Virus record (IMG/VR): IMGVR_UViG_3300007513_002695
Coordinates: 1 to 59,176 of that record
DNA: 59,176 bases
Source of the DNA: a virus
Lineage: Duplodnaviria > Caudoviricetes
Reading direction: 5' to 3' (one strand)
A program made the translations under genes and the position numbers. Of this stretch, positions 30,228 through 38,638 are shown in pieces. Each line of letters starts with the position of its first letter. Position 1 is the first letter of the stretch. The notes under the pieces are model-generated. The model did no database searches. It was given only the letters and a program-made list of their open reading frames with translations, and was not told the origin of the DNA.

Positions 30228-30938
30228 TTATATCGTAATATCAGAAGAAGAATGACAATCTTTCTCAGGTACTGGGTCTCCATTTACGACATCAAACGTA
30301 TTGACGGAAAGACCTGGATATTCTTCTGAACAAAGCGTAAGAATTGCCCCTAAGTTTCTCTTAGAGTCATCATAGAAAAATATCTCTCGAGGGGAGTGAT
30401 CCTCAACATATTTTCTTACAATATTGAGCTTATCTTCGGGTTTACCCCCACTATCACCAACCGTGTGAACAGGTATATTTTTTAACCCTTTGCTCTCTAA
30501 AAAGTCAGATATATCTTTTCTATTTTGTTCTCCTGCCCTGGCAGTGACAATTGCAACTACACTAGACTCCGCTTCGCTTGCTTTCCTAATAAGATCAATT
30601 AAAGATTTTATTTCAACTGGATTAAGGACAGATTCAAAATTATCATAGTTAACAACGTCTTTTTCTCTTTGAGGAAAGGGCTTCTGTCTATAAATTTCAA
30701 AAGATTCTGAATCCATTGACTCAGTCTCCCCGACCTCTCCTGTGTCAGGATCGACGAATGTAACCTTCACTACATTATCTGTGTGGGCAAGTGTATCATC
30801 AAAATCAAAAAAATGAAGAGTAATATCGCCAGGGCGATATAAGCCTTCTTCTGAAAAAGGTGACTCAGAAACTAGTCTTATTAGTTCCTCTCTAATAATT
30901 TTCTCAATCAAGCTTCGGGATATTTTTGTTGATGCCAT
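30228..30938 (-). CDS. HAD-superfamily phosphatase with N-terminal tag
   Basis: FFDFDDTL, IVTAR, K, FYDDS..NL; begins KISRSLIEKIIREELIRLVSE. Confidence 0.8.
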   Translation of the reverse strand: MASTKISRSLIEKIIREELIRLVSESPFSEEGLYRPGDITLHFFDFDDTLAHTDNVVKVTFVDPDTGEVGETESMDSESFEIYRQKPFPQREKDVVNYDNFESVLNPVEIKSLIDLIRKASEAESSVVAIVTARAGEQNRKDISDFLESKGLKNIPVHTVGDSGGKPEDKLNIVRKYVEDHSPREIFFYDDSKRNLGAILTLCSEEYPGLSVNTFDVVNGDPVPEKDCHSSSDITI

Positions 30939-30943
30939 AAGGA

Positions 30944-30950
30944 TAATTAT
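30944..30950 (-). promoter_or_regulatory. putative late promoter ATAATTA (leaderless start)
   Basis: 5 nt before ATG 30938, no SD. Confidence 0.55.
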
Positions 30951-30952
30951 TT

Positions 30953-31423
30953 CTATTTTGCGTGTTTATCAGCAATTGAAAACGAAGCCCACGAATTGGG
31001 CTTAATTTTATTTTCGAATCCGGCAGATTCAACATACCCTCTGATCGATTCACTAAAGCTAGACGTAGCAGCATGAGAAGTTGAAGGACTAACATCCAGA
31101 TGAACTTCTATTCCATCTAGACATAAGTCTCTAAACACACCGCCGACTGCTATCGATCTCTGCGTCTCATAAAAAATTCTGTGATATAGGGACCCAAATT
31201 TTTTAGATTTAATTTTATGCCTAGTAAAATAATATTTTCCACCAGACTGCATAGGAGCTCCGTGCAAGCAGATAACAGTTGCAAAAATAAAATTATCACC
31301 TGACCTGTGAGAATCTGTTCCTATAAATATTTTTCCACTCTTTCCGTGATGATGAACAACATCACATATTATATCATCAAATTCCGTAATGCTTCCATTT
31401 CCAGAAAACCACTGAGCGTTCAT
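30953..31423 (-). CDS. RNase H-like YkuK/DUF458 family protein
   Basis: IFIGTDS, FATVI, RIFYE..RS, EVHLDV, IKP.SWAS..IAD; start placed at ATG 31423 after GGGAGG. Confidence 0.8.
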   Translation of the reverse strand: MNAQWFSGNGSITEFDDIICDVVHHHGKSGKIFIGTDSHRSGDNFIFATVICLHGAPMQSGGKYYFTRHKIKSKKFGSLYHRIFYETQRSIAVGGVFRDLCLDGIEVHLDVSPSTSHAATSSFSESIRGYVESAGFENKIKPNSWASFSIADKHAK

Positions 31424-31482
31424 CGAGAAACCTCCCGGCAAGCATACAAATAATTATGTAAAAAAATATTTAAATTTAAAAA

Positions 31483-31932
31483 CTACTCTATTTCCTGATC
31501 ATACGGTTCGAAAATTAAATCTCCCGACTCACACACTCTGTCTAAATAATCTGCAAGCTGAGAAAAAGTAGTGCAAACCTTGACACCGCTTCTTGCTAGC
31601 ATCAGGTTAAACTTTGCACCCTCAGGTAACCCTTGACAAAAATATACGATAGGAACCTCATTTGCATATGCATAGCCAGCCTCCCAAATTGTACCAATAT
31701 CCTTGTCACGAGTATTGACAATAAGGAAATCAGCAGTCTTGATATGATGAAGATTTCCATCAAACGTTGCATCCTGTGTTTCCTTTGGTGCATTCGGGGG
31801 ACAGACAAAGATTCTTCTTGGACTAGCAAGCTCAATCCACTCCCGCGAATCACAAATCTCCTCAAGTGTCGTTAGTTCTTCAGCTTGCGTCGGATTAAAC
31901 CATCCGGATGCAAGGTAAATTTTCTTAGTCAT
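31483..31932 (-). CDS. nucleoside 2-deoxyribosyltransferase / nucleotide N-hydrolase family
   Basis: IYLASGWF, SPR, D.GT.WEAGYAYA...P, FNLML. Confidence 0.85.
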   Translation of the reverse strand: MTKKIYLASGWFNPTQAEELTTLEEICDSREWIELASPRRIFVCPPNAPKETQDATFDGNLHHIKTADFLIVNTRDKDIGTIWEAGYAYANEVPIVYFCQGLPEGAKFNLMLARSGVKVCTTFSQLADYLDRVCESGDLIFEPYDQEIE

Positions 31933-31948
31933 TTTTCACTCCTTTAAA

Positions 31949-32152
31949 TCATTCCTCGTCTACGGGTCTAGACCTTTTATTTCTTGCGTCAGCGATTGCA
32001 CCAGTTTTAAAAGATGGTCGCGGAGCATCTCCCGAGCAATAAGCCAGCTCTTTCTCCAGGCCTGCTACTGAGATACCTTTTTTCTTAAACTTATCTATCT
32101 TATTAATCAACCTTCTCATATGTTGATTTTGTCTTTGAGCTTTTGATCCCAT
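31949..32152 (-). CDS. small basic hypothetical protein
   Basis: 67-aa ORF in operon. Confidence 0.6.
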   Translation of the reverse strand: MGSKAQRQNQHMRRLINKIDKFKKKGISVAGLEKELAYCSGDAPRPSFKTGAIADARNKRSRPVDEE

Positions 32153-32401
32153 TTACTTTTTCCTATTTTTAGATACACGATCTTTTTTTCTTGATTTGTT
32201 TGAAGCGGATTTTTCTTCCAGTGCAGTAATTCGTGAAAGAAGTCGATCTCTTTCTTTCTTGGCACCTTGTCCACTTCCAAGCAAAGCATCTAGATGTTCT
32301 AGCTGTTGTTGGTCAGTTCTCTTATTACGCTCTTCACGTAACTCAGTAGCACGAACCCTTCTAGCTTCTCTTCTGTGCGCCATATTTTTCTTTCCAGCCA
32401 C
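32153..32401 (-). CDS. small basic hypothetical protein
   Basis: 82-aa R/K-rich ORF abutting its neighbours. Confidence 0.6.
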   Translation of the reverse strand: MAGKKNMAHRREARRVRATELREERNKRTDQQQLEHLDALLGSGQGAKKERDRLLSRITALEEKSASNKSRKKDRVSKNRKK

Positions 32402-33376
32402 TTAATCTTCCTTGTATGATAACTCTAGAAGCCTTATCTCATCTAGAGTCTTATTCCAGTATTGTCTAAACTTGGTATTACCATCCTGCTCTTCTTCAGG
32501 CGGATTGATTCCGTTTAAGTCATATCGATGGGCCTGATAGATTGTATCATTGGGGTGATATTCAATATGATTATCACTGTCTGAGTCAGGCCAATAGAGG
32601 TTTGTTCCTGTCCCAGCCCTGACGTTCTTAATATAGTGCCATGCAGGGCTTGCGAGAGTATTTGTTCCAATAACAGCACTGGCCTCTGGAAGAACTTTAA
32701 TAATAGCGTGGGCCATCTTTGCTGCAATTAAGTTATCAACTGTGGGTTGAATTTGCTTATCAGATCTCTGCTTAACAAACCCGATAATATCTTTTAGATT
32801 AAATCGACCGTAATAAAAAGTTGATAGACATTTTGGAAGGATAGTTCTTGCATCCATCATAGAAATCTGCTTGGTATCGACCATGTCTGCGTAAAGCTGC
32901 TTAGCATCCTCAACGTGTCGTCGCCAGCGGCGGTAGAGCTCTGGGCTGTTCTCGACAGCACTTGGGACAAGGCAAGGCTCGTGATGAAGGAATCTATCAC
33001 CAGTGCACTGAGCGGCCCATGAACCTGCACGATGTCGAATGAGATGTGTAACAGTCTGAAGATCTATACCTGCAAACTTAAACGTAAAGCTAAAGATCTC
33101 CATCGGAGTGGGCAATGCCCTAAAGCAAAGGACATCTTCAAGATTCTCACTAAGCTCTGCCTGTGGGACACCTGTTGGATCTGTGACCTCTGGGGTGTCT
33201 GCCCAAGTTGCCTTAACGTATCTCCACGCAACGTCTCTCATTTGCTCAGCTGTGGGATGATCAACAAGCTCAACCTGTAATGCATCGAGATCATTGAGAA
33301 ATTCAGTCGTGGGTTCTTCATCAAACCTAAGGGACATAGGAAGATTAACGGGTTCTAAGTTTTTATTTTGTGGCAA
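32402..33376 (-). CDS. thyX: FAD-dependent thymidylate synthase (ThyX) family, divergent
   Basis: TPME..SFTF...GI....THLIRHRAGSWAAQC, DARTILP, N......F...R. Confidence 0.75.
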   Translation of the reverse strand: MPQNKNLEPVNLPMSLRFDEEPTTEFLNDLDALQVELVDHPTAEQMRDVAWRYVKATWADTPEVTDPTGVPQAELSENLEDVLCFRALPTPMEIFSFTFKFAGIDLQTVTHLIRHRAGSWAAQCTGDRFLHHEPCLVPSAVENSPELYRRWRRHVEDAKQLYADMVDTKQISMMDARTILPKCLSTFYYGRFNLKDIIGFVKQRSDKQIQPTVDNLIAAKMAHAIIKVLPEASAVIGTNTLASPAWHYIKNVRAGTGTNLYWPDSDSDNHIEYHPNDTIYQAHRYDLNGINPPEEEQDGNTKFRQYWNKTLDEIRLLELSYKED

Positions 33377-34319
33377 TTTGAGTCTCCTTAAGATTGCGTA
33401 TTAGATTATAGACCAGTCTTGGATCTTTGTATAGTGTAACTTTTGAAATATTTTTTAATTCTTGGTTATAGCTTTTTACTGGAGAGAGGACTTCAACGCT
33501 GTGCTTGGCATATTCAGAAGCGTGCTTTGCTGAATCATCAATCGCGCAAACAACCCGATCTTCATCATAAAAATCCCTTTGAACAAGCCATCTAAACTTT
33601 TCAGGAGAAAAATCTAGATGGTGAAATTTTACACCGGCTTGTGATATCCAGTGAAAAGTATCATGCAAGCATGTGATATTATCTTTCGGTCTAGCTGTCA
33701 ATATTTGAATCCAAAACCCATCATCATAAAGCTTGTTAATAACATCGATCATCTCTCTATCGGGTCTAATGCTTCTGAGGCCGCCTGCTAGAATGAATTC
33801 TTGAAAAACACCCTCGGGTAAAAGTCCGGCTTCCTTTACTTCTTTTGTACTATAATACTCTGTAGAATTAGGGTCAGTAAAAACCCCCTTCTCATCTCTT
33901 AGCCAATCTGTAAAGTCCTCCCTAAAACAATTCAGAACATCGTCCATGTCAACTATAAGAACAGGCTGACCATTCCAAACGTTCTTTTCCATCTCATATC
34001 GTGTATGAAGATAGAGATCCTTGTTCCAAAAAGCATTTATAAAATCTTCTGTATCAAATCCCCACATATTTAATGTCGCAAGAAGGTACCTGAAAGTATC
34101 CACAGACTTATATAAAATCCTCTCTCTGTCAACCTCTCTCTTGACAAGCCTGTGGTCTTTAAAGTTAACAGAATTTGCAAGGTTTGTAACCTCGGCATGC
34201 AAAGCCAGGGCAAAAGACTTTGTCATCTCTTCACGGTCTTGATCAGAAAGATTCTCATTATTAAAAAATAAAGAAGAAAATTCTTTCTGTCGCTGAAACA
34301 TCTCGTCGATTATAGGCAA
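33363..34319 (-). CDS. degenerate dimeric-dUTPase-like domain fused to HAD 5'(3')-deoxyribonucleotidase
   Basis: N-terminal domain paralogous to 34373..34750; C-terminal IVDMDDVL, ILTARP, T..WI, AIDDS. Confidence 0.75.
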   Translation of the reverse strand: MPIIDEMFQRQKEFSSLFFNNENLSDQDREEMTKSFALALHAEVTNLANSVNFKDHRLVKREVDRERILYKSVDTFRYLLATLNMWGFDTEDFINAFWNKDLYLHTRYEMEKNVWNGQPVLIVDMDDVLNCFREDFTDWLRDEKGVFTDPNSTEYYSTKEVKEAGLLPEGVFQEFILAGGLRSIRPDREMIDVINKLYDDGFWIQILTARPKDNITCLHDTFHWISQAGVKFHHLDFSPEKFRWLVQRDFYDEDRVVCAIDDSAKHASEYAKHSVEVLSPVKSYNQELKNISKVTLYKDPRLVYNLIRNLKETQIATK

Positions 34320-34341
34320 TTTGATCTCCTTTCCATATTAA

Positions 34342-34370
34342 ATTATAAAACATCTTTAAATGATTTTACA
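34342..34370 (-). promoter_or_regulatory. promoter TGTAAA-N17-TATAAT
   Basis: Upstream of 33363..34319; SD AAGGAG follows. Confidence 0.65.
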
Positions 34371-34372
34371 AT

Positions 34373-34750
34373 TTAATATCCTGATCGGACTCTCTCCCTT
34401 ATAACCCTATCTTTCTTTTCATAGGCGTCAAATAATTCTTCAGAAGAAACCCCGACGAGAACTAAAACAGATAAAAAATAATTAAAGGCATCAACTATTT
34501 CCTCTAGAAACTCTTCTCTATTAAACTCTGTTACCTCTGTTAGCCTATGTGGTTTCCAGTTTTTTAGATGCTGCAATGCTTCAAACATTTCCTCAACCCC
34601 TCGGAGCGCCATATCTCTAATATGCTGCTGCGATTCTTTGTCACCCAAATCCACGGGCCACGATGGTCCGATATCTGATTTTTTTTGCTTCAAGGTCTTC
34701 ATAAAGCTCTCCCTCAGGAAGAACATTGAATCAAGCCTGTCTTTACTCAT
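34373..34750 (-). CDS. dimeric (all-alpha) dUTPase/dCTPase
   Basis: EEMFEA (ExxE), WKPH, EEIVD.FNYF (ExxD), Y.KK..VI..R...GY as in T4 gp56 and dUTPase_2 families. Confidence 0.85.
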   Translation of the reverse strand: MSKDRLDSMFFLRESFMKTLKQKKSDIGPSWPVDLGDKESQQHIRDMALRGVEEMFEALQHLKNWKPHRLTEVTEFNREEFLEEIVDAFNYFLSVLVLVGVSSEELFDAYEKKDRVIRERVRSGY

Positions 34751-34973
34751 TTTCCCCGGGCTCTACATTAGCAATTTGATCCTGGAGCTTTTGAAGATTT
34801 GATTCAAATACTTCAAGGTACTCAACTGTTGGATCTAAAGTGTCACTGCCCTCGTCAGAGAGAGTTACTCTCATCAACCTCAGGTTATCAACAACGTCAG
34901 TTCCGGTTAAAATTGCTAGCTGAACTAGCTTGGCTATCTGGCCAATAGTTTCATCAGAAAGTTTATATTGCAT
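34743..34973 (-). CDS. hypothetical protein
   Basis: Start placed at ATG 34973 after SD AGGAG; YKLSDETIGQIAKLVQLAILTGTDVVDNLR. Confidence 0.65.
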   Translation of the reverse strand: MQYKLSDETIGQIAKLVQLAILTGTDVVDNLRLMRVTLSDEGSDTLDPTVEYLEVFESNLQKLQDQIANVEPGENE

Positions 34974-34981
34974 TTTTTCTC

Positions 34982-35785
34982 CTATTTCTGCACTTCTGGG
35001 ACCCAATGAGTAGTCCTACCATCTCTGGTCTTTTCCTTTATAACAGGATTCCCAAGGGGATCTTGCTTTTGATTATACACAATGAATCTCTCTCCGTATT
35101 CGCCAGATTCTCCATTAAATCCCTTATAGGTTCTAATTGTTGCCCCACCCGATGCAAAGCTTTCTTTCATAACAGCATGAATATTTGTTTTTAAGCTGAC
35201 TAGCTCTTCATCTGTAATGGAAGAAATAATCCTGTGGGGTGAAAGCTTTGAAAGATAGAGACATTCAGCTTTTATATAATTTCCTACACCAGCTATAATG
35301 CTCTGATTCATTAAAACTTCGGGAAGTGTTTTTTTCTCATGTCTTCTCATTATCTTTAAAAAATCAGAGTCAGGAAGTGTTGAAGCTAGCATATCAGGTC
35401 CCAGTGATCTAAGCTTTGAAACCAGCTGCTGACTTTCATTTACAAGCTTTATTGTTCCAAAATTTCTCTGATCATTAAAGAATACAGACCCATCGTCTAA
35501 AACGAATTCAATTCTACTATGTTTTTCTCTTTTTTCTGACCAGCTTCCGGTCATTCCTAGCGTATTCCAGATAGACCATTTATTTTTTAGTATAATAAAA
35601 ATAAATTTTCCGTGGACGCCCGGGCCTGCTATTTCGACAGGTAATTGATTGCACAGGTCAGAAAAATTGTCAGGAAGGTTTTTCTGATATCTTCCTCCTA
35701 AGATGTTGATCTGCTTTAACACTCTTAGAGATATCCTTTCTGCAAGAGACTCGCCAATTCTTTTTACTTCAGGCCCTTCTGGCAT
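34982..35785 (-). CDS. mutM: formamidopyrimidine-DNA glycosylase (Fpg/Nei), zincless finger
   Basis: N-terminal MPEGPEV, HGKFI, LGMTG, NDQRNFG, LGPD, LMNQ.IIAGVGNYIKAE, RTTHWVP. Confidence 0.93.
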   Translation of the reverse strand: MPEGPEVKRIGESLAERISLRVLKQINILGGRYQKNLPDNFSDLCNQLPVEIAGPGVHGKFIFIILKNKWSIWNTLGMTGSWSEKREKHSRIEFVLDDGSVFFNDQRNFGTIKLVNESQQLVSKLRSLGPDMLASTLPDSDFLKIMRRHEKKTLPEVLMNQSIIAGVGNYIKAECLYLSKLSPHRIISSITDEELVSLKTNIHAVMKESFASGGATIRTYKGFNGESGEYGERFIVYNQKQDPLGNPVIKEKTRDGRTTHWVPEVQK

Positions 35786-35787
35786 TT

Positions 35788-35839
35788 TTGAACTTTATCT
35801 CCTATGTGTGTATTATATAAAAGGTAAGGTCTTTGTTCA
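35788..35839. promoter_or_regulatory. overlapping divergent promoters
   Basis: Minus strand TGAACA(35834..35839)-N16-TATAAT(35812..35817); plus strand TTGAAC(35788..35793)-N17-TATTAT(35811..35816). Confidence 0.55.
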
Positions 35840-36499
35840 ATGAAGCGTATAATCATATCAGATACGCACATCGGCACCAAGTTCTACAGGGCCGATGAGC
35901 TCCTGTCTTTTCTTGAGTCATCAGAGTGTGACGAGCTTATTTTAGCAGGAGACATTATTGACTTTATTAAAATTCCTGTATTCACCGAGAGATGTCTTCA
36001 GATTATAAGTCGGATTGGTGAATATAAAAGAATTGTCTACGTCGTTGGAAATCACGATGAGGGATTGCTAGGGGTTGTAGGTAAGAAAGTAATGGGAGTT
36101 AAGTTTGTCAAACGTTACGAATTCGAAGAAGGGGGTAGAAAATTTAGAATAGAGCACGGTGATGCATATGATAAGGGAGCAATACACAATAGAATTTTTG
36201 TTAAGTTTCTATCGGTCATTCAAAATATGCTTGAATTCACTTTTAACTTTGATTTCACCACCTGGTGGACAGAAATACAGATCAAAAAGCACAAGCTAAG
36301 AAGTATTATTAACATACTTCGTCATCACCCGAAGATCGACGTTTTTATCATGGGACACACCCACATTCCCGAAGCTGTAATCTGGGTGGACGAAGACCAG
36401 AATATTAAGACATATATCAACGCTGGAGACTGGGTTACACACCAGACATATGTAACTGTCGATGACGGGGTTGCAAGGTTAAGAAAGTTTGAAGATTAA
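35840..36499 (+). CDS. calcineurin-like metallophosphoesterase (LpxH/UDP-2,3-diacylglucosamine hydrolase-like)
   Basis: ISDTHIG, LAGDIID, VGNHD, EHGD.YD, MGHTH.P, YINAGDW. Confidence 0.88.
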   Translation: MKRIIISDTHIGTKFYRADELLSFLESSECDELILAGDIIDFIKIPVFTERCLQIISRIGEYKRIVYVVGNHDEGLLGVVGKKVMGVKFVKRYEFEEGGRKFRIEHGDAYDKGAIHNRIFVKFLSVIQNMLEFTFNFDFTTWWTEIQIKKHKLRSIINILRHHPKIDVFIMGHTHIPEAVIWVDEDQNIKTYINAGDWVTHQTYVTVDDGVARLRKFED

Positions 36500-36834
36500 T
36501 ACTGACAATCACACAGCGTGACTTCTTGTGACTGATAGTTTACAATCACACAGCCTGATTCATTTCCAACAGTTTCGGCACTTTCTCCGTCCAGGGTCAC
36601 TTCATAAATGCAGTTTTCATCTCTGTCAACGATTTCCCAAAATCCGATCCCCCAGATAACATCTTGGTTTTTTTCTATCATGAGAAAATCTGAGGATAGC
36701 AAATAACAATTCTCAAGAGATTGTATCGATGACACTTCAAACCACCTTTCAACGAGATCATCTTCTGTTACGCAGGGATTGATTGGCTGATTAGTGCACC
36801 CGATCAGCATGATCAAAGGTGCAATTCGAATCAT
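36496..36834 (-). CDS. putative lipoprotein
   Basis: Short hydrophobic N-terminus ending LIGC (lipobox-like); Cys-rich mature part. Confidence 0.55.
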   Translation of the reverse strand: MIRIAPLIMLIGCTNQPINPCVTEDDLVERWFEVSSIQSLENCYLLSSDFLMIEKNQDVIWGIGFWEIVDRDENCIYEVTLDGESAETVGNESGCVIVNYQSQEVTLCDCQY

Positions 36835-37286
36835 TTTTGATTTTTCTTAATCCGGACGGGAACCAGTTCATAAGTTCCAAGCAGCCTGTCAATAAAGGGA
36901 TATGCACCGGAGAAATTAGCTGATGGCTTTCCGCGATGGTGGCTTCTGTGATGCCTGCCAGACCTTGTATCGGCTCCCATGTGAGCTGCCCTATGCCTAT
37001 ATGCATAATACGCAAAGAAGCTAGCTAGTCCTATGGCGAAAACAGGTGTCACGAAGAATAGACCAATAGCAAGCGACCATATTAAAAGATTGGCCCACCA
37101 CGGAAAGAAAAATGTACCCGGATCATCAGGTCTTTTATGGTGTCTAATGTGAATGGAGCTCCACTGCCTAAGAAGCGGATACTTTCCCAAAGATCCATGA
37201 AAGATATATCGATGAAAAAAGTAAAACATGTAAGCACCAAAAAAGTGACCTACCCCAAAGAGCAGTAGTGCTGATATTGGCTCCAT
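36831..37286 (-). CDS. sterol desaturase / fatty acid hydroxylase superfamily membrane protein
   Basis: His boxes HRYIFH, HIRHH, HRAAH, HHRSHH; NFSG...DRLLGT; start placed at ATG 37286 after AGGAG. Confidence 0.85.
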   Translation of the reverse strand: MEPISALLLFGVGHFFGAYMFYFFHRYIFHGSLGKYPLLRQWSSIHIRHHKRPDDPGTFFFPWWANLLIWSLAIGLFFVTPVFAIGLASFFAYYAYRHRAAHMGADTRSGRHHRSHHRGKPSANFSGAYPFIDRLLGTYELVPVRIKKNQK

Positions 37287-37342
37287 CGACGACTCCTGCA
37301 AATAAGTATACAGTGCAGAGAGTTTGCTGGTATAATTTTATA

Positions 37343-38143
37343 TTAAAGTTCTTCTCTAATAATCTGGATAAGTCGGGACTCTTTAATTGACATTGACGCG
37401 TCATAGGCATCATTCTTTATGTTTGAAAGTTTTTCAAGACTTCCGTTTCTTCTAAGAACCTTGAAGGCGATATTTCCCGTTGAGTACTGACCCTTTCTAG
37501 TTCTCAACCCTGACTTTCTCATTCTTCTTATCTTTTCCTTCACCTTTTCTGCTAGCTCAATAGTCTCTTCAGGACTAGATTCTAGCTTCTCAAGCTCAGC
37601 AATTTGTCTCATAATCCCAGCTGCTTTCTTCTTGACAGAATCGAAGCTAATCTTTTCACCCTGCTCATCCGGAGGAACTCTAATCCACTCTCCGTTTAAA
37701 ACTGAATATAATCCTGTGGACATATGCTCTTCACCCATGTTCTCAACGTATATCTCAACATCATATCCTTTGGCCTTGATATCGTGTCTAAGATTCCAAA
37801 GTGCAGCAGCAGAGTTAAAGTATCCCTCTACAAGGTCCTGGTCTTCGTCTACTTCTGAAAAATTAACTACGACATGCAGGTCAACATCAGAATATTTTGA
37901 CCAGTTATAGTTTGCCAGTGAGCCGGTTAGTCGTATATCTTCTGGCCGGACATCTATCGAGAGCCCTTCAGCAAAGTCGTCAGCTACAGCCAGAAGAGCT
38001 TCTCGAACGTCAGGTCGCATGGTATTATCAGAATCCCACACTCTTTTTTCCAGCGTGTCATTAAATGAAAATCCATCGACGCTAACATCTTGTGCTGCTA
38101 TTTCTCTTACGAGTTTCCGCAAGAGTCTCTTGGTGCCAGACAT
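37343..38143 (-). CDS. Pol-beta-superfamily nucleotidyltransferase with terminal tags
   Basis: LTGSLANYNWSKYSDVDLHVV, YDVEIY; N-terminal RLLRKLVREI and C-terminal IKESRLIQIIREEL. Confidence 0.82.
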   Translation of the reverse strand: MSGTKRLLRKLVREIAAQDVSVDGFSFNDTLEKRVWDSDNTMRPDVREALLAVADDFAEGLSIDVRPEDIRLTGSLANYNWSKYSDVDLHVVVNFSEVDEDQDLVEGYFNSAAALWNLRHDIKAKGYDVEIYVENMGEEHMSTGLYSVLNGEWIRVPPDEQGEKISFDSVKKKAAGIMRQIAELEKLESSPEETIELAEKVKEKIRRMRKSGLRTRKGQYSTGNIAFKVLRRNGSLEKLSNIKNDAYDASMSIKESRLIQIIREEL

Positions 38144-38148
38144 ATAAA

Positions 38149-38155
38149 TAAATAT
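38149..38155 (-). promoter_or_regulatory. putative late promoter ATATTTA (leaderless start)
   Basis: 5 nt before ATG 38143, no SD. Confidence 0.55.
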
Positions 38156-38157
38156 CT

Positions 38158-38598
38158 CTACATGACCGATCTATCAGAACTATATTTTTCCTTTAAAAAG
38201 TTATGATAATTTATCAGGGCACCGTCTTTTGGCTCAATATCTTGCCACTGGCCCAAGCAGAAGATTCGATAGGCATCAGAAGCATACTTTCCGATCCCAT
38301 AGAGAACTTCTGGTTTATCCTGCCAGCTTTTTAACAGGTAATCATTAGACATCCTGACCAAGGCAACAGAACGTCTTCTAGACAGCCCTATGGGCTGTAT
38401 CATCAATTCTATCTCCATAGGGTTTGCTTGAGATGCAGCATCAGCATCCGGATATTTTGAAAAAAAATCCCACATAAAAGGCTCTGACTGAACCCTCTTT
38501 GTCAAATTACAAAAAATACAAGCAACAAATATCTTCCAGGGATCTTTCCAGAGCTGCTCTTGAATCAATCCGTAGGGTGATTTTGGAGGAATCCACAT
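38158..38598 (-). CDS. MBD4-like HhH-GPD mismatch (T:G/U:G) DNA glycosylase
   Basis: W.PP.SP..LIQE.L..DPWK...ACIF.N.T, F..YP, GIGKYASDAYRIFC...W....PKD..L..Y closely follows the MBD4 glycosylase domain. Confidence 0.88.
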   Translation of the reverse strand: MWIPPKSPYGLIQEQLWKDPWKIFVACIFCNLTKRVQSEPFMWDFFSKYPDADAASQANPMEIELMIQPIGLSRRRSVALVRMSNDYLLKSWQDKPEVLYGIGKYASDAYRIFCLGQWQDIEPKDGALINYHNFLKEKYSSDRSVM

Positions 38599-38604
38599 GA
38601 AAAT

Positions 38605-38632
38605 ATTATAATATCAAATCAAAAGGTTTACA
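38605..38632 (-). promoter_or_regulatory. promoter TGTAAA-N16-TATAAT, leaderless (6 nt to ATG)
   Basis: Directly upstream of the MBD4-like gene; no SD. Confidence 0.6.
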
Positions 38633-38638
38633 CGATTA

